Positions 12,501 to 27,500 of a stretch of DNA of 64,000 nucleotides are shown in pieces. The notes beneath the pieces were generated by a model that searched no databases, had not been told where the DNA came from, and saw only the letters and a list, made by a program, of their open reading frames with translations. How positions within the stretch are numbered: position 1 is the first letter of the stretch; every line of letters begins with the position of its first letter. The position numbers and the translations under genes were made by a program. Source of the DNA: an uncultured Planctomycetia bacterium (GTDB taxonomy: Bacteria > Omnitrophota > Gorgyraeia > JABMRG01); assembly GCA_964634945.1 (NCBI GenBank), contig CAZWMG010000002.1:102661-166660 (forward strand). Direction: 5' to 3'.

Positions 12501-15500
12501 AATAGCTAAGCGCACAGGTTCTCTAACAGCATTTAAGGAATTACTCGCAAATCTCCACTCAGGGATAATATTAAGAGCTATAGAGGAATCTTTCTCTCAG
12601 GGGCAAAGTTTAGATGAAAAACTAGAGGAGATAAGAAGGCTTATAAATAGCAGGCTGAGACAGCAAGAGCTTGTTGAAGAGATGCGGGATATTATAATAA
12701 GCGAAGAAAATGATAATAATAAGAAAAGAACGGAATATGAAAGAGAAGTTAGTAAATATCAGGCAGCGCTTTTAAGGCTAAAAGAGTCTATTGCGGGCTC
12801 ATCCGATAAACTAAATACTTTTCTTGAAACCATTGGGGCTGATAATTTAATACCTCAAGAACCAGATAAGCGCGCGGCATTACTGGAGGTTATAAATCAA
12901 CGTCTTATAAATGAACTGGCAAAATTCCAGACAGAACAACAGCGCTCAAGAAAACAGCTCGACCGCCTAGCGCATGATGCGCAGCAAGGAGTTGCCGGTG
13001 CATTTACACAATTCGATGCTGTTATCGCAAAGTCTACACAGGTAGCGCGTGATTTTAGTTCTAGGATTAACAGCAAGGACGGAATAAAAACATTTTTAAG
13101 CGTTATTCTTGCAGGGCAGGCAAAAGGTAAGGTTTCTGAGGCTAAGAAGCGTAAAGGCTTAACAATGCCCACAAAAGCATTGCCTGTTCTGGCTTCCATT
13201 CTGGCTGTATTAACAGGGCTTGTCTCGGTTTTATATAGCGTTGGAAGCATCAATACATTATTGTTGCCTTCTATTTTGGGGCTCTCTACTGTATTCCCAT
13301 TACTCTTTCCAATTATGGGCATAATCGCGGCGATGTTTTTGATCGTTAATATATACGTTCAACAAGGCTATGGCAAGAAGATAGGGGTTCTAGTCAAAGA
13401 ATCAGCCAAAGACTTTTTCAAGATTACAACAGGCACAAAGAGCATTGATACAGGTAGCCAGCTTGCTGACGCAAAGGCTTTCTGGGCCTCATTTGGAAAA
13501 TTTGCAGGTACAACATTATTGTTTCTGTTAGCAACCCCTGGACTTTGGTCAGGCGCCGGTATGTTAATAGCAGCGATTATAAACCCAGGTATAGTTATAT
13601 TTGGCTTACCTGTTATACCTTTAGCTTTTATAGTACTATGTTTTTCATTATTAGCAAACCTGACATTCCACCGTGTATTTAACAGCCAACTTGAGCGACA
13701 AAGGCATATAACACCTACCAGATTTCAAGCAGGCCTTAACGCCTTTGTGAGGGCTATTGCATTAGGCATAGGTATTTCATTTGCAATTCAAGTTGGCACA
13801 GGTGCTGTTTTGCTTACGCTTTTACCGATAACCGCTATTGTAATAACAGCCATAGTTTCATCTTTGGCTACAAAAAAACAAACAGGACGGTACTATAAAG
13901 AAAAGCTACCGGAATATATAGGTTGGGTTACAGGAGTTATCGGAATAGGGGTTGTGCTTTTACTTGCTAGCTGGATAGGTGCCGCTGCTGTAGCGGGAGT
14001 TGCAATGCCCGCATTACAGGTCGCATTGGCAGTTGTAGGTTTAGGGACAATATCTCTACAGTCTCTCAGTGCGGGCAAGGCCGCTAGTATCGCTGTTGGC
14101 AAAGTTAGTGATTCCTGGAAAAAGAAACAGGTATGGATAACGAGTTTTATCCAGAACCTCCTGCCCAATAACAGAACCATAATAATGTATTCTATGATGA
14201 TAGTAGCAATCCCTCTATTAGTAGGCGGCGCTGTTAATACGATTTTGGTTGTATTGGCAAGCGGAATAGCTATTTGGCTACTTAATAAATTTAATGTTTC
14301 AATAGGAAAGCGGTTAGGTCCTAAGTGGTCAAAGAGATTAGGTGGCGTATTTGGGCAAGCGATGATGTATTCAGCCGCGACAACACCGATTGTGCAATTT
14401 ACACAAATGGCTAATCAAATGGATGAAAGACAATACCGGCAAACACATATTACGCGGGTATCCGAAGCGATAAAACAAGGCCAAAAGAATTTTCAAGACA
14501 CGCTTGGAGAAATAGAAAATTATAGTCCCGATCAGCTCAAAGGGCTAAAGAACCTTACGAAGAATATAGAGGGGTTTGTAGATGGAATAATTACAGGTAA
14601 ACCTGCTCCAACAGCTGTACCTGATTTAACAAAGGAAAAAAAAGAGAAAAGAGAAAAGGTAGAGACAGCTGAAGTAGGAGAATCAAAAGAGGCACAGCCC
14701 CGCGCACCTGCATTTACTCAAACCCCACAAGTAAGAGAAGAAGCAGAAGCTGTAGCCAAAGCAGAAGAGGAAGCCAAAGCAGTAGCAGTGAAGAAAGCTA
14801 AGCTTCATGTCCACACAGTTAAAAAAGGTGACAGCTTATGGAGATTATCAATAAGGTATGCTAAAGGAGAGAGCAAGCTTTATCAATTGAGGTTATTCGC
14901 AGAGATTCTTAAAGTTAATAAGCAGTTTACTGATCCTCGCATTATACATCCCGGAGACAAAGTAACTATTCCGGTGTTAAGAGCTACAAAAATTGTACAA
15001 AAAACAAAACCACAGGTTTATGTAGTTAAAAAAGGTGACAGCTTATGGAGATTATCAATAAGGTATGCTAAAGGAGAGAGCAAGCTTTATCAATTGAGGT
15101 TATTCGCAGAGATTCTTAAAGTTAATAAGCAGTTTACTGATCCTCGCATTATACATCCCGGAGACAAAGTAACTATTCCGGTATTAACAGGTACAGTAGT
15201 TTTAGTTCCACCCCCACCGCAAGAAAAGGTAAAGGTAGAGTTAAAGGAGAAGGCAGTGGTTGCGGTACCTCTGCAGGATAAGAAAGAAGAGCAACCGGTA
15301 AAAGAAAGAGTGCAAGATACAAGCGTACAAGTTAAGGGTGATAAGGCCGCAGTTGCGGTGTTACCACAGAAACATAAAGAGATTAAGCCAAAAGTAGCTC
15401 AGCCCATAGCTAAAAAGAAGGATACTGCAGCGAAAGCAGCTGTTGGCAAGATTAGTGTTGCGCCTATAGTAGCAAAACCTATTTTACAAGAAACTGTAGA

Positions 15501-18500
15501 GAGGCCAAAGGCTGCAGAGCCTACAATATCCGCACCAGAATCTTTGCCTGTCAGACTCACAGCAGATAAGAGATTATTGCCCCCTGCTGAACCTTTGTTT
15601 CAATTAGCTATTCAAGAAAACTTTAAGCCTAATCCCAAAGATGGAACATTGAGTATCCCCGAAGGATTGTCAAATACGATTCCTGCTAAATATCTTGCTG
15701 ATATGATAGGCGCGCACTATTTCGAAATTCCCCCTAATGTTCAGGGATGGAAATATTTTGATACAGTTATAGAAAACGTTAATAAGCGGTATCCTAATTC
15801 TGTAAAGATAGAGACTCATCTTAATACACGTGATTACATAGGCTTGTTTTATGGCAAAAGAGTAAAGATTGTAAAGGGAGAAGAAACTGTAGAAGTCATT
15901 CAACCTGTGTTGCTGGATATTAAAGATGGTGAAGTCGATGTTACGCCATGGAAAGTGGGAGATGAAGTATCAAGGATTTTAGAGCATAAAGATACAGCTT
16001 TATTGGAGTTCGGTTTAGCTAAAAGATTTGGTGAACTTAGCGCGTTAGAATTTAAAGAGCGCTTGAAGAAGGCAGATGTACTAATAGATTATTATGTCAA
16101 TAATGTCCTAAAAACCAAAGGGGAAGTTGCTAAGGTTGTATTCCCGGGACATGGTGGAGAAAATTATGCAACGTCATATTTTGGCCAAAAAGTTGGCGAT
16201 ATCTTAACAGAAGGCCAGCCTGTAATAATGTCAGCACAGCTAGTACAGCAAGCATCTCAAATACAACAAGCACGCGTTGCTGGACAAGAGAAGAAAAAAG
16301 TTGAGGCAAGTATCCCTAAGAAGTTGCCTGATATTGTTATAGCAAAAAAAGCATCAAAAGCCCCGCCTGCGAAAGAAGCCTTCTTGCAAGAGACGAAGCC
16401 CGAACTTGTAGAGACAGAGGCGATCCCCGAAGCAGTAAGCCGACAGGATTTCGCAAGGCAATTAGAAGCATTAGAAGCTCTTATTGCGGCTAAAGAGGCA
16501 TTAACCCGGGCAGAGAGCAATATAGCAAGCATTCAGCTCAAAAGAGACGATCTGGCAAAGAGTTCATTAGGATTAACGCCTAGCATAGGTTTCTATTCCA
16601 ACAGAGTAAATGAAGTGCAAGGCAGCATAGAAGAGTTGGATTTAAAACTTGCTGCAGATAAGGCAGGAGAAGAACAAGGTAAGCTTACGGTTCAGCGTAG
16701 TGCATTATCAAGGCTTGTTGTAACATTAAGAAACACCTTATTAGCAGGTGAGGTCAGGGCAGGAGACATAAAGGAAGAAGCCGGCAAATTAACGATGAGA
16801 ATAGCGCAGGCCAAATCAGCGGTAGGAGAGAAAAGGGCATATGTGCAATCCGTTCTTGCTCAGGCAGAAGATGCTGGATTAAAAATAAGCGCATCGGATA
16901 GTACTGAAAATTTAAGATCCAGGTTAGACTCATTGAAAGAGCAGGTCCCATTTTCCGCCCTGTTAGTTAGGAAGATTCTTGAATGGATTAGTGGTATTCG
17001 CGAGTGGATAATACAGATATTGATAGAATTTAATATCATAGAAGGCCAAAAAATCTATGGACAGAAAATTCTGCGGAAGAAATCTCCTCCTGCATTCTTT
17101 TCGCCGGTGAGAAAAGCCGCGCAAAAGAGTTTAACAGAGGTTCCCATGCTGCCTCAGATCGGAGATAAGAGGCAGATAATAGACTATGATAATATGACGC
17201 GTGAGCTGGCGTCTATTATATTGCAAAAGGAGGAGAGCCTGCAGGGACGAGGACTTATTACCCAGGTTTACTTGAAGAAAATAATAGAAGATTTTGCCGG
17301 AAAGAGGTCTTTATCAGAAAAAGAAGAGGCCAGGCTCGCGGAGAAGACATTAAGCTATCTTTCAGATGTTTTAAATATAAGAATATTAGACTTAAAAACA
17401 AGAGCTCTTGAAGAGACAAATCCTGACACAGCATTAGCACTGCTTAATGGGCCGCTACAATCTACGAAGAGGCAGCTGCAGATAGTAAGAAATACTATGC
17501 GTGAATATAAGGGGCAAGTTATTAGGTCTGAAAACCGCTCTTATGTTTCAAAGGGTATCGAAGATGCGTTAATGGCAGCTGAAAAGAGATTAAATGGGAT
17601 ACTTAAGAAAGATATAACACTGGGACAATCACAGCAATTAGCTGTTTTAAGCCGTGTATTGAAGGGGGCTAAAGAGGACAAGACGCCTATTACATTAGGT
17701 TACCTGAAGTCGAAGGTGGATGAGGTATTAAAGAGTAAAGAGGTAAAAGATGAGAAGGCCTTGTTGATATCTGTATTAGCAGATGTTAAAGGCATGCCTT
17801 CTCTTGCTGAACTTGAGATGATATATGAGCTTCTTGCCATGATCAATAAAGAGAGGGCAGAAGAGCTCTTGCTTGAGCAGGCTATAGATAAGAGAGCTAT
17901 TGAGGTCATATTTAAGGAAGAGACATTCGGACTTTATAATAAGCCTGGAAGCGTTTTTGAGAGCATTTATAAAATGGCACAGGCCTATACAGAAAGCCTG
18001 CAAGAACTTTATATACCAAGGCCGGAAAGAACTGTGAATTTAAAAGCGGCAATGGATAGACTCAATAAAACAAAAGAAGCGCTTGAATTGGCCTTAAATG
18101 GCAATAGCTGGGGTATGCTTCTTGATGCGCGCTTTTATATGGATATGGATTACCAGAGCGACCTGCTTGCCTCAGGAGAGACAGCAGGCGAATATGGGAA
18201 TGTCTTTGGCGTAAATACAGGACTGCTTATAAAGTTTTCAATAGAATCGAAGAGAATAGCTCCGAAACTGGTAGTAGACTATTTGAATGCATTGAATAAC
18301 ATGAAAGCGATAGAGCAGGTATCCAGGTTTGAGGAGATGGCGCCTTCTCTTTATATTAAGGCAATCGCGGATAGTATACAGTCAAGAGCCAAGGCTACAA
18401 GCGTGGAATTATCTGCGTTAAAAGGCACAGGTTCTACGGCACTCAATAAGCTTTTTAAATTAAAGGAAAGCGCACTGAATGCTAAAGCGCAGGGACTCGA

Positions 18501-21500
18501 GGCGCTAAGGGCATCTGATTACGAAAAACTCAATATAGATGAATTATTTAAAATAGGCTCACCAGAGATCTTGTACGAATTCTTATCTGGTGAATTGATA
18601 AGTGCAGCAAAGACGCAGGAAGACGGTGGCTTGTGGACAGCCGGCGCAAGCAAGCCGGAGAAGAGGTTTTTAGAAGGAGCATGGTTTGCCCTGAATCTTG
18701 GTGTTGTGGATATTGCGAAAACTGACGCGGAAATAGACTGGCTCGCTTTTATAAGAACATCCATTCCTATATATGATAGTTCTGAGGAACATTATTTGAA
18801 TCTTAAAGATAATGAGAGAAAGAGGCTTGTTGAGACGGTTAATATGGACATAGCCAAACTTCAGAATTACCTCTCCTTAATTGAGAATAATATAAATTTA
18901 TATGAGAAAGAATTTAATAGAGCTAACAGCAGACTAATTCCGGATGGCGTAGATAAGACGCTGCAATCACTTACTTATCTCAATGAAATGCCTGTTGCCA
19001 TGGCAAGGACCCGCGAGTTGTGGGCAGGTTATAAATATAACGGCAAAGAGTACCAGGGCCTTTTGAAGGCATTAGCCCAAAAAGCCATATTATCGTCAAG
19101 AATAGAAGAATTGAAGAAAACAAGAACCAGGATAGACAGCTTGTATAAAGATCCCACCAAAGAAGATAAGCAGTACGCGGAGGATAAGAAAGATGAGTTT
19201 GGAGATAAAATAGAAGAGCTGGATTCCAGGATTGAAAAAGCTGCAAACATTACTCAATTAAATAGCATAGCAGAGGCTGTTAGGGCACTGCCTAGTCAGT
19301 ACAGAGCATACTTTTATGATGATTTAAATTCCGTTGATGAGCATATTAGCAAATTGCTGGATGCTGTTCAAGGCAGAGCCATATTTCTTGTTGAGAATGA
19401 TATGCCTATAGCGGTTACATTACGCGCCGATGGGAGTAAGTTTTTTAAACTTATGCGTTACAGTGCCATGTCGCCTAAAGAACAGGTTAAACTCTTTAAT
19501 ACCTGGAAAGAGGCCATCGATGAGAGATTGAAAAATATGGCATCACCAGGCAAGGAGAGCCTTAAAGAGTTCCGTGCGTGCCTTTATTCCGCATTACCAA
19601 TAGGAAGTATGCAGATATCATTCGTAGGTGAGTGCGATAGTATAGTAATCAGGGCCAAGTCCTCAAAGACACTTTCACAGCTTACAGATGTCGCCAAAGT
19701 GTTTAATAAGCTTAAGCAGGATATGCTTAAGGTGGTAAAGGGCCATAACACGCGCGAGATATTAGAGAAGATAGATGTTGTCTACCGCATTATACATGAG
19801 CGCGGCATAACTTTATTAAATAATAGGCCATTATCAGAGGATACCTACAAGACTCTGGATAGCTTATTTGCTATTCTGCCTGAGCAGATATTCTCTCCAA
19901 AACAGAGGGCCGAACTTTATGAGAGATGGGTACAGGCATTGGATAGCGCGTCCAGGCTTGCAAGAGAAGAAAGAGCCGCATCTTCTATTATATCAAATAT
20001 AGACGATATTAAAAAGAAGCTGAACCAGCGCCTGAACAAGGTCTTTATAGTTATTCTGAAACAGAAGAAGTTTAATGAAGATATAGCTAAGGACATAAGA
20101 AGCAGGCTCCAGTCAGCTGATACATTAAAGGGATTATCTGAGATATTAAATGAAATAAATAAAGCGGAATCAGAATATAAGCGCTATTTTGTACGCGACA
20201 TAATATATTTCTCAGGCGCTATAAAAGAGTTTCGCCAAAGAATAGAGGCGGCGGCATTAGAGATGACAGCGCGTATACCTTTGGCTGAAGATTCTGTTTC
20301 CGATATATCTACGATAATATCTGCCATGGGCTATGAGAAGATGCCGCGTGAATTGCAGAATGAATCGCTTATCAAATGGCATGAAGTGATACTTAAGGCA
20401 ATAGAGGGCCATGATAATTTAAAAGGAGTAAAGACTGATATTGAAGCGAAATTACCAACAGCAAGAAGTGCTGGTCATTGGTTAGGATTAGTACCAAAGA
20501 ACCAATACTCTGATTGGGAGCTCTTAGAACATATTAGGATATCCGCGAAAGATAAAGATTACACAGAAGAAGTTTTGCTAAGCGCGCTTCTTAATGAGTT
20601 AAACGCAAGATTCATGCTCATTGTCCCATCCGTAATAGCGCAGAATGACAGGCCAATAGACATGCAGCTGCAGATTGCGTTCGAAAGATTCTGTAATTCT
20701 ATCCCGTCAGATGAATTAAATCCCTACAAGGTAAGAGAACTCAGACAGGAGCTGTTTAGAGCTTTGCTCAAAATAGCTAAGCAGGACAGTTCAATAGAAG
20801 AGTTGGCAAGCAGCACTTTTGAGAGCATGTCTGCGCTGGCTTCAAAAAAAGATAATAAGTATGTTTCATCAGAAGATGTTATATTGCGCGTTGCAAGAAA
20901 AGCGCCTCAAGATTCAAAGAGCACAACGCATTTAAAGAGTATGATCAGCAGCATAAACAAGAATCTCGCACTGACAGAGATTCAAGCTTCGCGGGCAGAT
21001 GCCTTAAAAGGCTTAGAAGGCAGTATTGCGGATATTGAGAAGAGATCAAAGAGGCTTGCAGAGTCAATTAATAAAGCCATTGTAGGCACACAAGACAAAA
21101 TAGGGGTTATTACTACGGATTCTGACATAGAAACATTGGTCAAAGGAGAATATGTAAATAGTATATTAAGAGAGATAATAGTTATTAATAAGAATATAAG
21201 AGCGCTCTCTATCGTAAGCGTAAAAGCTGATTCAGATTATTCTTCGTATGTAACAGGCCTTTCAGGAAGGGCCGCACATTTAAAATGGCTCTTAAAGCAG
21301 AATTTAAAGGTAGCAGTAGTAAATAATAAGAATGCCTCAGCGCAGGATAAGATAAGGGGCCTCTCATTCCTTACAAACAATTTATATAACACCAGCCTGG
21401 CTTATAACTCTTCTGATATAAAAAGCATGTATGATAGCCTATCCAAAGCTGGTAAAGAACAGGCGTATCTAAGGCAGGTTTATAATACAGCTATAGACAA

Positions 21501-24500
21501 GAGGGGAAGGTATGTGCGCTCCCTTATAGGCGGCGCAGGTTCCCCCACGGGCCTAATAGATTCATTAAAAAGAGGAGATTTCAGATACAATATAAAAGAA
21601 TCTGAAGATATACTTATAGCGCTCCTTAAAGAGGCTAGGGATAATAGTTACTATACTGCAGGCACTATCAATAATATAGGGCAACAGATAAATCAAGCGC
21701 TTACAATAGCTAAGGATGATACCAAAAAAGCGGTTGGTGATTTTAGCACTGTTTTAGAGAAGCATATATCAAACCAAGGTACACGTATCACCTCAGAACA
21801 TAGTGAGGCAAACATATTGGCAGCGTGGAACATTATAGAGTCCTATATGCTTAATGCGCTTAATATTCTTCCCCCGGGCGCTGAAAGGGATAATATCGTT
21901 AGTAGTACATGGAGCGCGCATGAATATTTAAAGGATACCCTAGAGAGCAGGAGAAGCCGGCAGAAGAGTTTTGATGCATCTTATTTTGAACTATCACGCA
22001 GGCTGGATTATATTGATATAAAAACAAACAGCACTGATGAGATATTTGGTATTATCGGTGAGTTGAAAACCCTTGATATTGAGTTTTCCCCTTATTTTAG
22101 AGGTGATGTAGATAAAGATAATGATTTTGAAGCTAAGGTAAGGCAGATTTATGGTACAGCCCATATGATGTCACTTGATATGATAGCATCAACTGCGAAA
22201 TTATCAGAAGACAGAGAGGATAATAAGAAACTAATAAATGATATAAATAGAGTTATAGGCCTAGTGGGTAACCTTAAAGATAGCAGAGAAAAGGCTATCG
22301 CCCTGGATAGGCGCAATAAGTTAAATCTTACGCTTATAAATATTATGCTAAATACTGGGGATGCGTTGAGTGATAAGGCTGAAGAGGTGATAGAGACTAA
22401 CAAAGGCCTTGATAGCGAGGCTCTTGTTATTAAGATAAAAGAGGCCCTAATCGCAGATAGCAGAAGTCAGGAGCTGCTCTGGCAGGAATGGATACATATT
22501 ATAAATTTACTAACAGATGCAATTGATAAGGGGTTCCCTCTCCCTCCCGCACAGGCACTTGCAGCAGATGCAACCAGACCTAAGGCTGAACGCTTCAAGG
22601 ACGCGTTAGGACTTACATCCAGCAATATATCTGTTTCAAGGAAGGAGATTGCAAGGCTTGGTGTAGAAGAGGCCAGGATACGCGAACGAATGCTTGAAAA
22701 TACCAGATGGCGCTTCAGTTTTGAAGGCAGTATAGGAACAGAACTTATAGACTTTTATCTTAAGACAACCATAAATATATCTACGGATGCGGATGAGAAA
22801 TACGCGGCACTTGCAACCAGGTTTAATGAATTGAAACATAAAATAGCTATAAGGCAATCGAATTATATGGGCGCAAGATTGATTATGGAGTATATATTAG
22901 CAAAACGTGATTTTGTAAACATCCAATCAACTATAGGCTTGTTAAGGGATGAGTTAAAGACAGCGCCGCAGCATAAGAGAGAATCTATAAGTGTTGAATT
23001 AAGAGGGCTGCAAAAAGCCTATAACCACGCGGAAGCGGTTTTATCAGACTTGACAAGGCCCGGTGCGATACCTGCCGAAGCGCTTGATTCCTTAGGTAGT
23101 ATGAATATCGATTATACGTCATTAGACGCGGATAAGCTTAGCAAGCTCAGCGGATTATTAGAGGAAGGCCTTAGCGCGGTTAATAAAGCCAGCGGAGTAA
23201 ATGATATCAGTACATACCAGATGGCATCATTAATAACAGAGCTGGCACAAGTAGGCATAGAGAAGGTAGAGGAACATAAAGATGGTATAACCATATATTT
23301 GGGTAACAACATAATCGGTTCAGCTGCCAGAACGCTCTTTCCGATAATATTTGGAATGTTCAGCGGACCGGATAAGTCCATGCTTGCCGAGGCAAATGTG
23401 CAGTATATACAGAGCTTAAAAGAGATGTTCTCCTCGCAAGAAGAGAGAGCCAGCAGGCAGCAGAGGCTAAAGCAAGTATATGGCCGCAGTATACTCAACC
23501 GCGGAATAGCCCAAGCCCAATATGAATTAAGCCAGGCAAAGACGGTTGAAGAAAGATACATAAGAGAAAAAGCAGTAAACATGGCATTAAAAGAATATCT
23601 GCGCGTGCGTATAGATATGAGTATGATGGATATACAGCCGGATACCCCTGAAAAAGATGATGAAAAGATAGCTAATATAATAGCCTCGTTGAAGGAGAAT
23701 AAGGGTAAGAGGCAGGATATATATAATCAGGCTCGAACAGAAGGAAAGCCTGATAAGAATAAGCTTTTCTTAGCAGAAGAAGGATTTAAGAATGCGATAG
23801 CGCAGATATTGATTCCCGATAACTTACCTACTACAGGCCAATACTATGCTTACGCGGATTGGTTAAGAGGCGATGTTGCCCGCATGGTAAGCAGATTTTA
23901 TCGCTCAGGAGAGGTCCTTACTGTTATATATGACGGCGGCCTGTTTACTGACCAGCAGGTTATTACCACAATAATGGAGATGCGTAATTATAGCACAAGG
24001 TATTCTGTTACAAGCGGCGATAAGCTTGATCAGCATGGCCAGTTGGCACAAGGCCTGCGCAGATTTGATATTACAGATAAGGTTTCATTAGAATATAATA
24101 TACAGCTTGCACTGGCGACATCGAGTTGGGGCACGAGTGTAGATAGTGACTCACTTCGTACAGAGATGGGGATAAATCTTCTGGTTGAAAGAGAGGGTTA
24201 CACATTGACTCTTCCTGTAGACTTGTCTATTGATGAAGATGGCAGGGCAGTCTATACGCTTGGAGCCGGTGTAAGGACAGACGGCGGCTTTGAGGCTATG
24301 GCAGGGATAATAATGGATTCTGATGACAAGATGAGATGGTGGGCAAACCTGAGCAAGATGTATGACAAGGTTATGATAGCCTTTACGTATACAGATTCTA
24401 GGCTGAATATGCGTACATACTATAGCCCTGTTTCATATCTTACAATAAGCCCTGAGATAGGCCATGATTTCGATACAGGAGAGACTTCCGCAAGGATGGG

Positions 24501-27500
24501 GTTTGGTGTGAATTATGAGGGCATGATAAGCTGTACTGTTGAGCCGGTGTATAGCAAAGACAGTGGCACAGCGGTTCCTGTAACAGTATCCGGCCGCACT
24601 GATTTTGGCACAACAGCACAGGCGACATATAGTGATGGCGGGGTCTTTACTATTAACCAGATTTTATCTAACGGTTTTGAGGTAGGCACAGGTTATGAAC
24701 ATGTAGACGGCTCAAAAGGTATTTCCAGAACATTTGCAAGCTGGACACCTGCTTCGCCTATGCCGGGCCTTGGTGTTGCGCCGAGCGTTGAGGTCTTTGC
24801 AGAACCGGGTGATTCCTATACCTATGGAGCGGGTTTAAATGCGGTTATGCCGGGAGGAAGTTCAGGAGAGCTATATGTTGCAAAAGAGCAGGAAGGCGTA
24901 TCCGCGAGATTACGCCTTGAGTGGGACATATTAGATTTGGGAGGATTTCTATCTCAAGGGCAGCAAAGACAAGCAATTAATTTTTCACCATTTTCTGATG
25001 CTACTTTTATAAACCCTAAAACCATAGCAGTGCCTGAAAATAACATAACTTCTAGCGCTTTCGCAATAGATCTTACTTATACGCAGAACCTTACAGCGAA
25101 TATAAAAGCAAGGTGGGAGAAGGAACAGGCACGCGATAAGCTTTTCTGGGAGGATAAAGGAGTAGGCGCAGAGTGGCTTAAGGAATTAGACAGTTTAAAC
25201 AGCCTGCTTGAAGAATACCGCCTTCTTACTGAGAAGATGCAGGCCGCAAGGAAAGAAGGCGCCGCTGCCAGGGCAAAATGGTCAGCCTTAGCAAAGCAGA
25301 CAGAACGCAGTATTGTGCTCTTACAAGAGATAAATGAAAAATTGGATAAGCTCCATGTTATATTCGCGGAAAAAGCTAAGATAGAGGATAAGATAAAGAA
25401 GTATGCTGAGGAATACGCTAAAGATATCGATGCCATCACAGCTCTACGTAAAGATATTGAGATGATGATTACGCAACAGGAGAAAGAGCTTGCTGAATAT
25501 AATGCCGTAGAGAGTGAAGCAGGTACTGTTATCCTATTATTTAATAATCAGGTTAATGATATAGCATCTTCCTGGATATCGGCTGAGGATGCCTCTATTT
25601 CAGGATGGAAAGCCCTTTATGGCAGCATTGAGTCAGATGTCAATACTTATCAGTCAGAGATATCCCGCGCAAGAAGGTTATGGGATAATCTAAGTGAGGG
25701 TGAGAAGAAAGATTTAAAAGAGGTGGTTAATGAGGAGAAGAGCCTTTTAATGGGCAGAGACTATTTTGGCTATACAACAAAACCGGATAATGAGGCAGAG
25801 TACTGGGCACAGATTATTGTGGCAGCTAGAGAGAATAATGAGGATCTCTCTTCATGGGTCAAGAAGAGGTTAGAGGCGTATGATTCCTTATCGAAAAAGA
25901 CCCAGCTTGCAACATATCTTCAGGAGAGCAATATAAAGGGTGGTTATTGGGAAAATAATAACAGCATTATGATATTCTGGGCAGAACTCTGGCTAAATAA
26001 CAGCTATGGCGAAAAATGGGTTACGCAGGAACTTGCTGACAGGATATCCTTTAAGACAATGTTCGAGAATTTCTATGAGGTGAAGTTTGATTCGTATAAT
26101 CCACAGCATGAAGAGGCCCTTATGCTCTTTACGGGAATGGCAAGGTTTGGCAACAAGGAACTTAAGGTGATACAGGAATTAGCCAATCTTGCGGCTGAGA
26201 ATAGAGAGTTTATAGAGGCTGTATGCGGCAAAAAAGATCCTCTAAATTATCCCCAGGATTTACAAGCTCTTCTTGAATGGGGCGCTTATATAAAAGTTGC
26301 TATGGATAATGGTTATGATCCCGCGGCATTTCTACAGCTTATTACATTTCTTAAGCCATATTACGCGGATATGCTGATAGCAAAAGGTATTATCAAAGCG
26401 CGCGATGAAATAGACGCCTTACTAAAGAGTCCTGCTAATGAGCACAGCCTGAAACTTCAAAAGTATTTAGCTCAGATAATGGATTCCGGTATCGTATCTG
26501 GCTCAACCTATACCAAAGAATTTATGCAGGAGTACCTAAATTCTCAGGTTGAACATGACGCTAAGATAAAGAGTCTTATAGGAGATGATATACTTGAAAA
26601 CTCAGAGAGCGTTGGCAAATATTTCGGAGTACTCTCTGCTGTACAGGATAACTGGGTGCAGGCAGGAAAGCCCAATATAAAGGGAAGAATAGGTATCGCG
26701 CTCGATTCGATGATAAAGTTAGCAGGTATTGCCAGGGCAGATACTACAATAAATGACAGGCTATTTGACGGTAAATTAGATATCAGTAACTCGAAACATC
26801 TTAGTAAGTTATTGTATTTTGCTCTTTATGATATAGGTGTAATGACTCATGAGATAACTGTTAGCGGTGAAGAGCTTATGCGTAACACAGCACATCTTTC
26901 AGATCCTGTAAGAAAGTTTCTCGGGCTTGATAAATTGTCAGAGGCGGATGCTGATACATTATTCTATTGGGCGTACGCGGCTATTAAACTCAAATCACAA
27001 GGCAGGGAGAACACTCTGGAACTGGTAAAGACAGCCTTAGATACTATGCACGATGCAAAGGAGCTGGTTGAGAAACTCGCGCCAAGTCAGGGTATATTAA
27101 CAATACAGCAGCTTCGAAATGTTAAGATAAGCCCTGAAGATGGACTTGGATACCAGGCATCACGCATTATGTATGAGGAGGCTGCATCGAAAGAGTCTGT
27201 TATTAAGGAGCTTGAGACAGATGTTAAGATGCATGAATCTCTAACAGAAGTCTTTGATGACGCTGATATTACTAATCCTCAATATCGTATATATCTTACA
27301 GGTTTATCGAAAGCAGAATCAGAAGCAAAATCCAAAGGTAAAATATTCGACGCAGCAGTATTTGCTAAAAAGATGCAATCTATTGCCGGTATGGACGCGT
27401 TTCAGAGCCTGATAGGCAATAGGAAAATAGGCATTGGTGATATTGTTGACGGGGTACCGAGCGCTCAGCTTAGGATTTTGGAGAAAATTACCGAAGTCTC

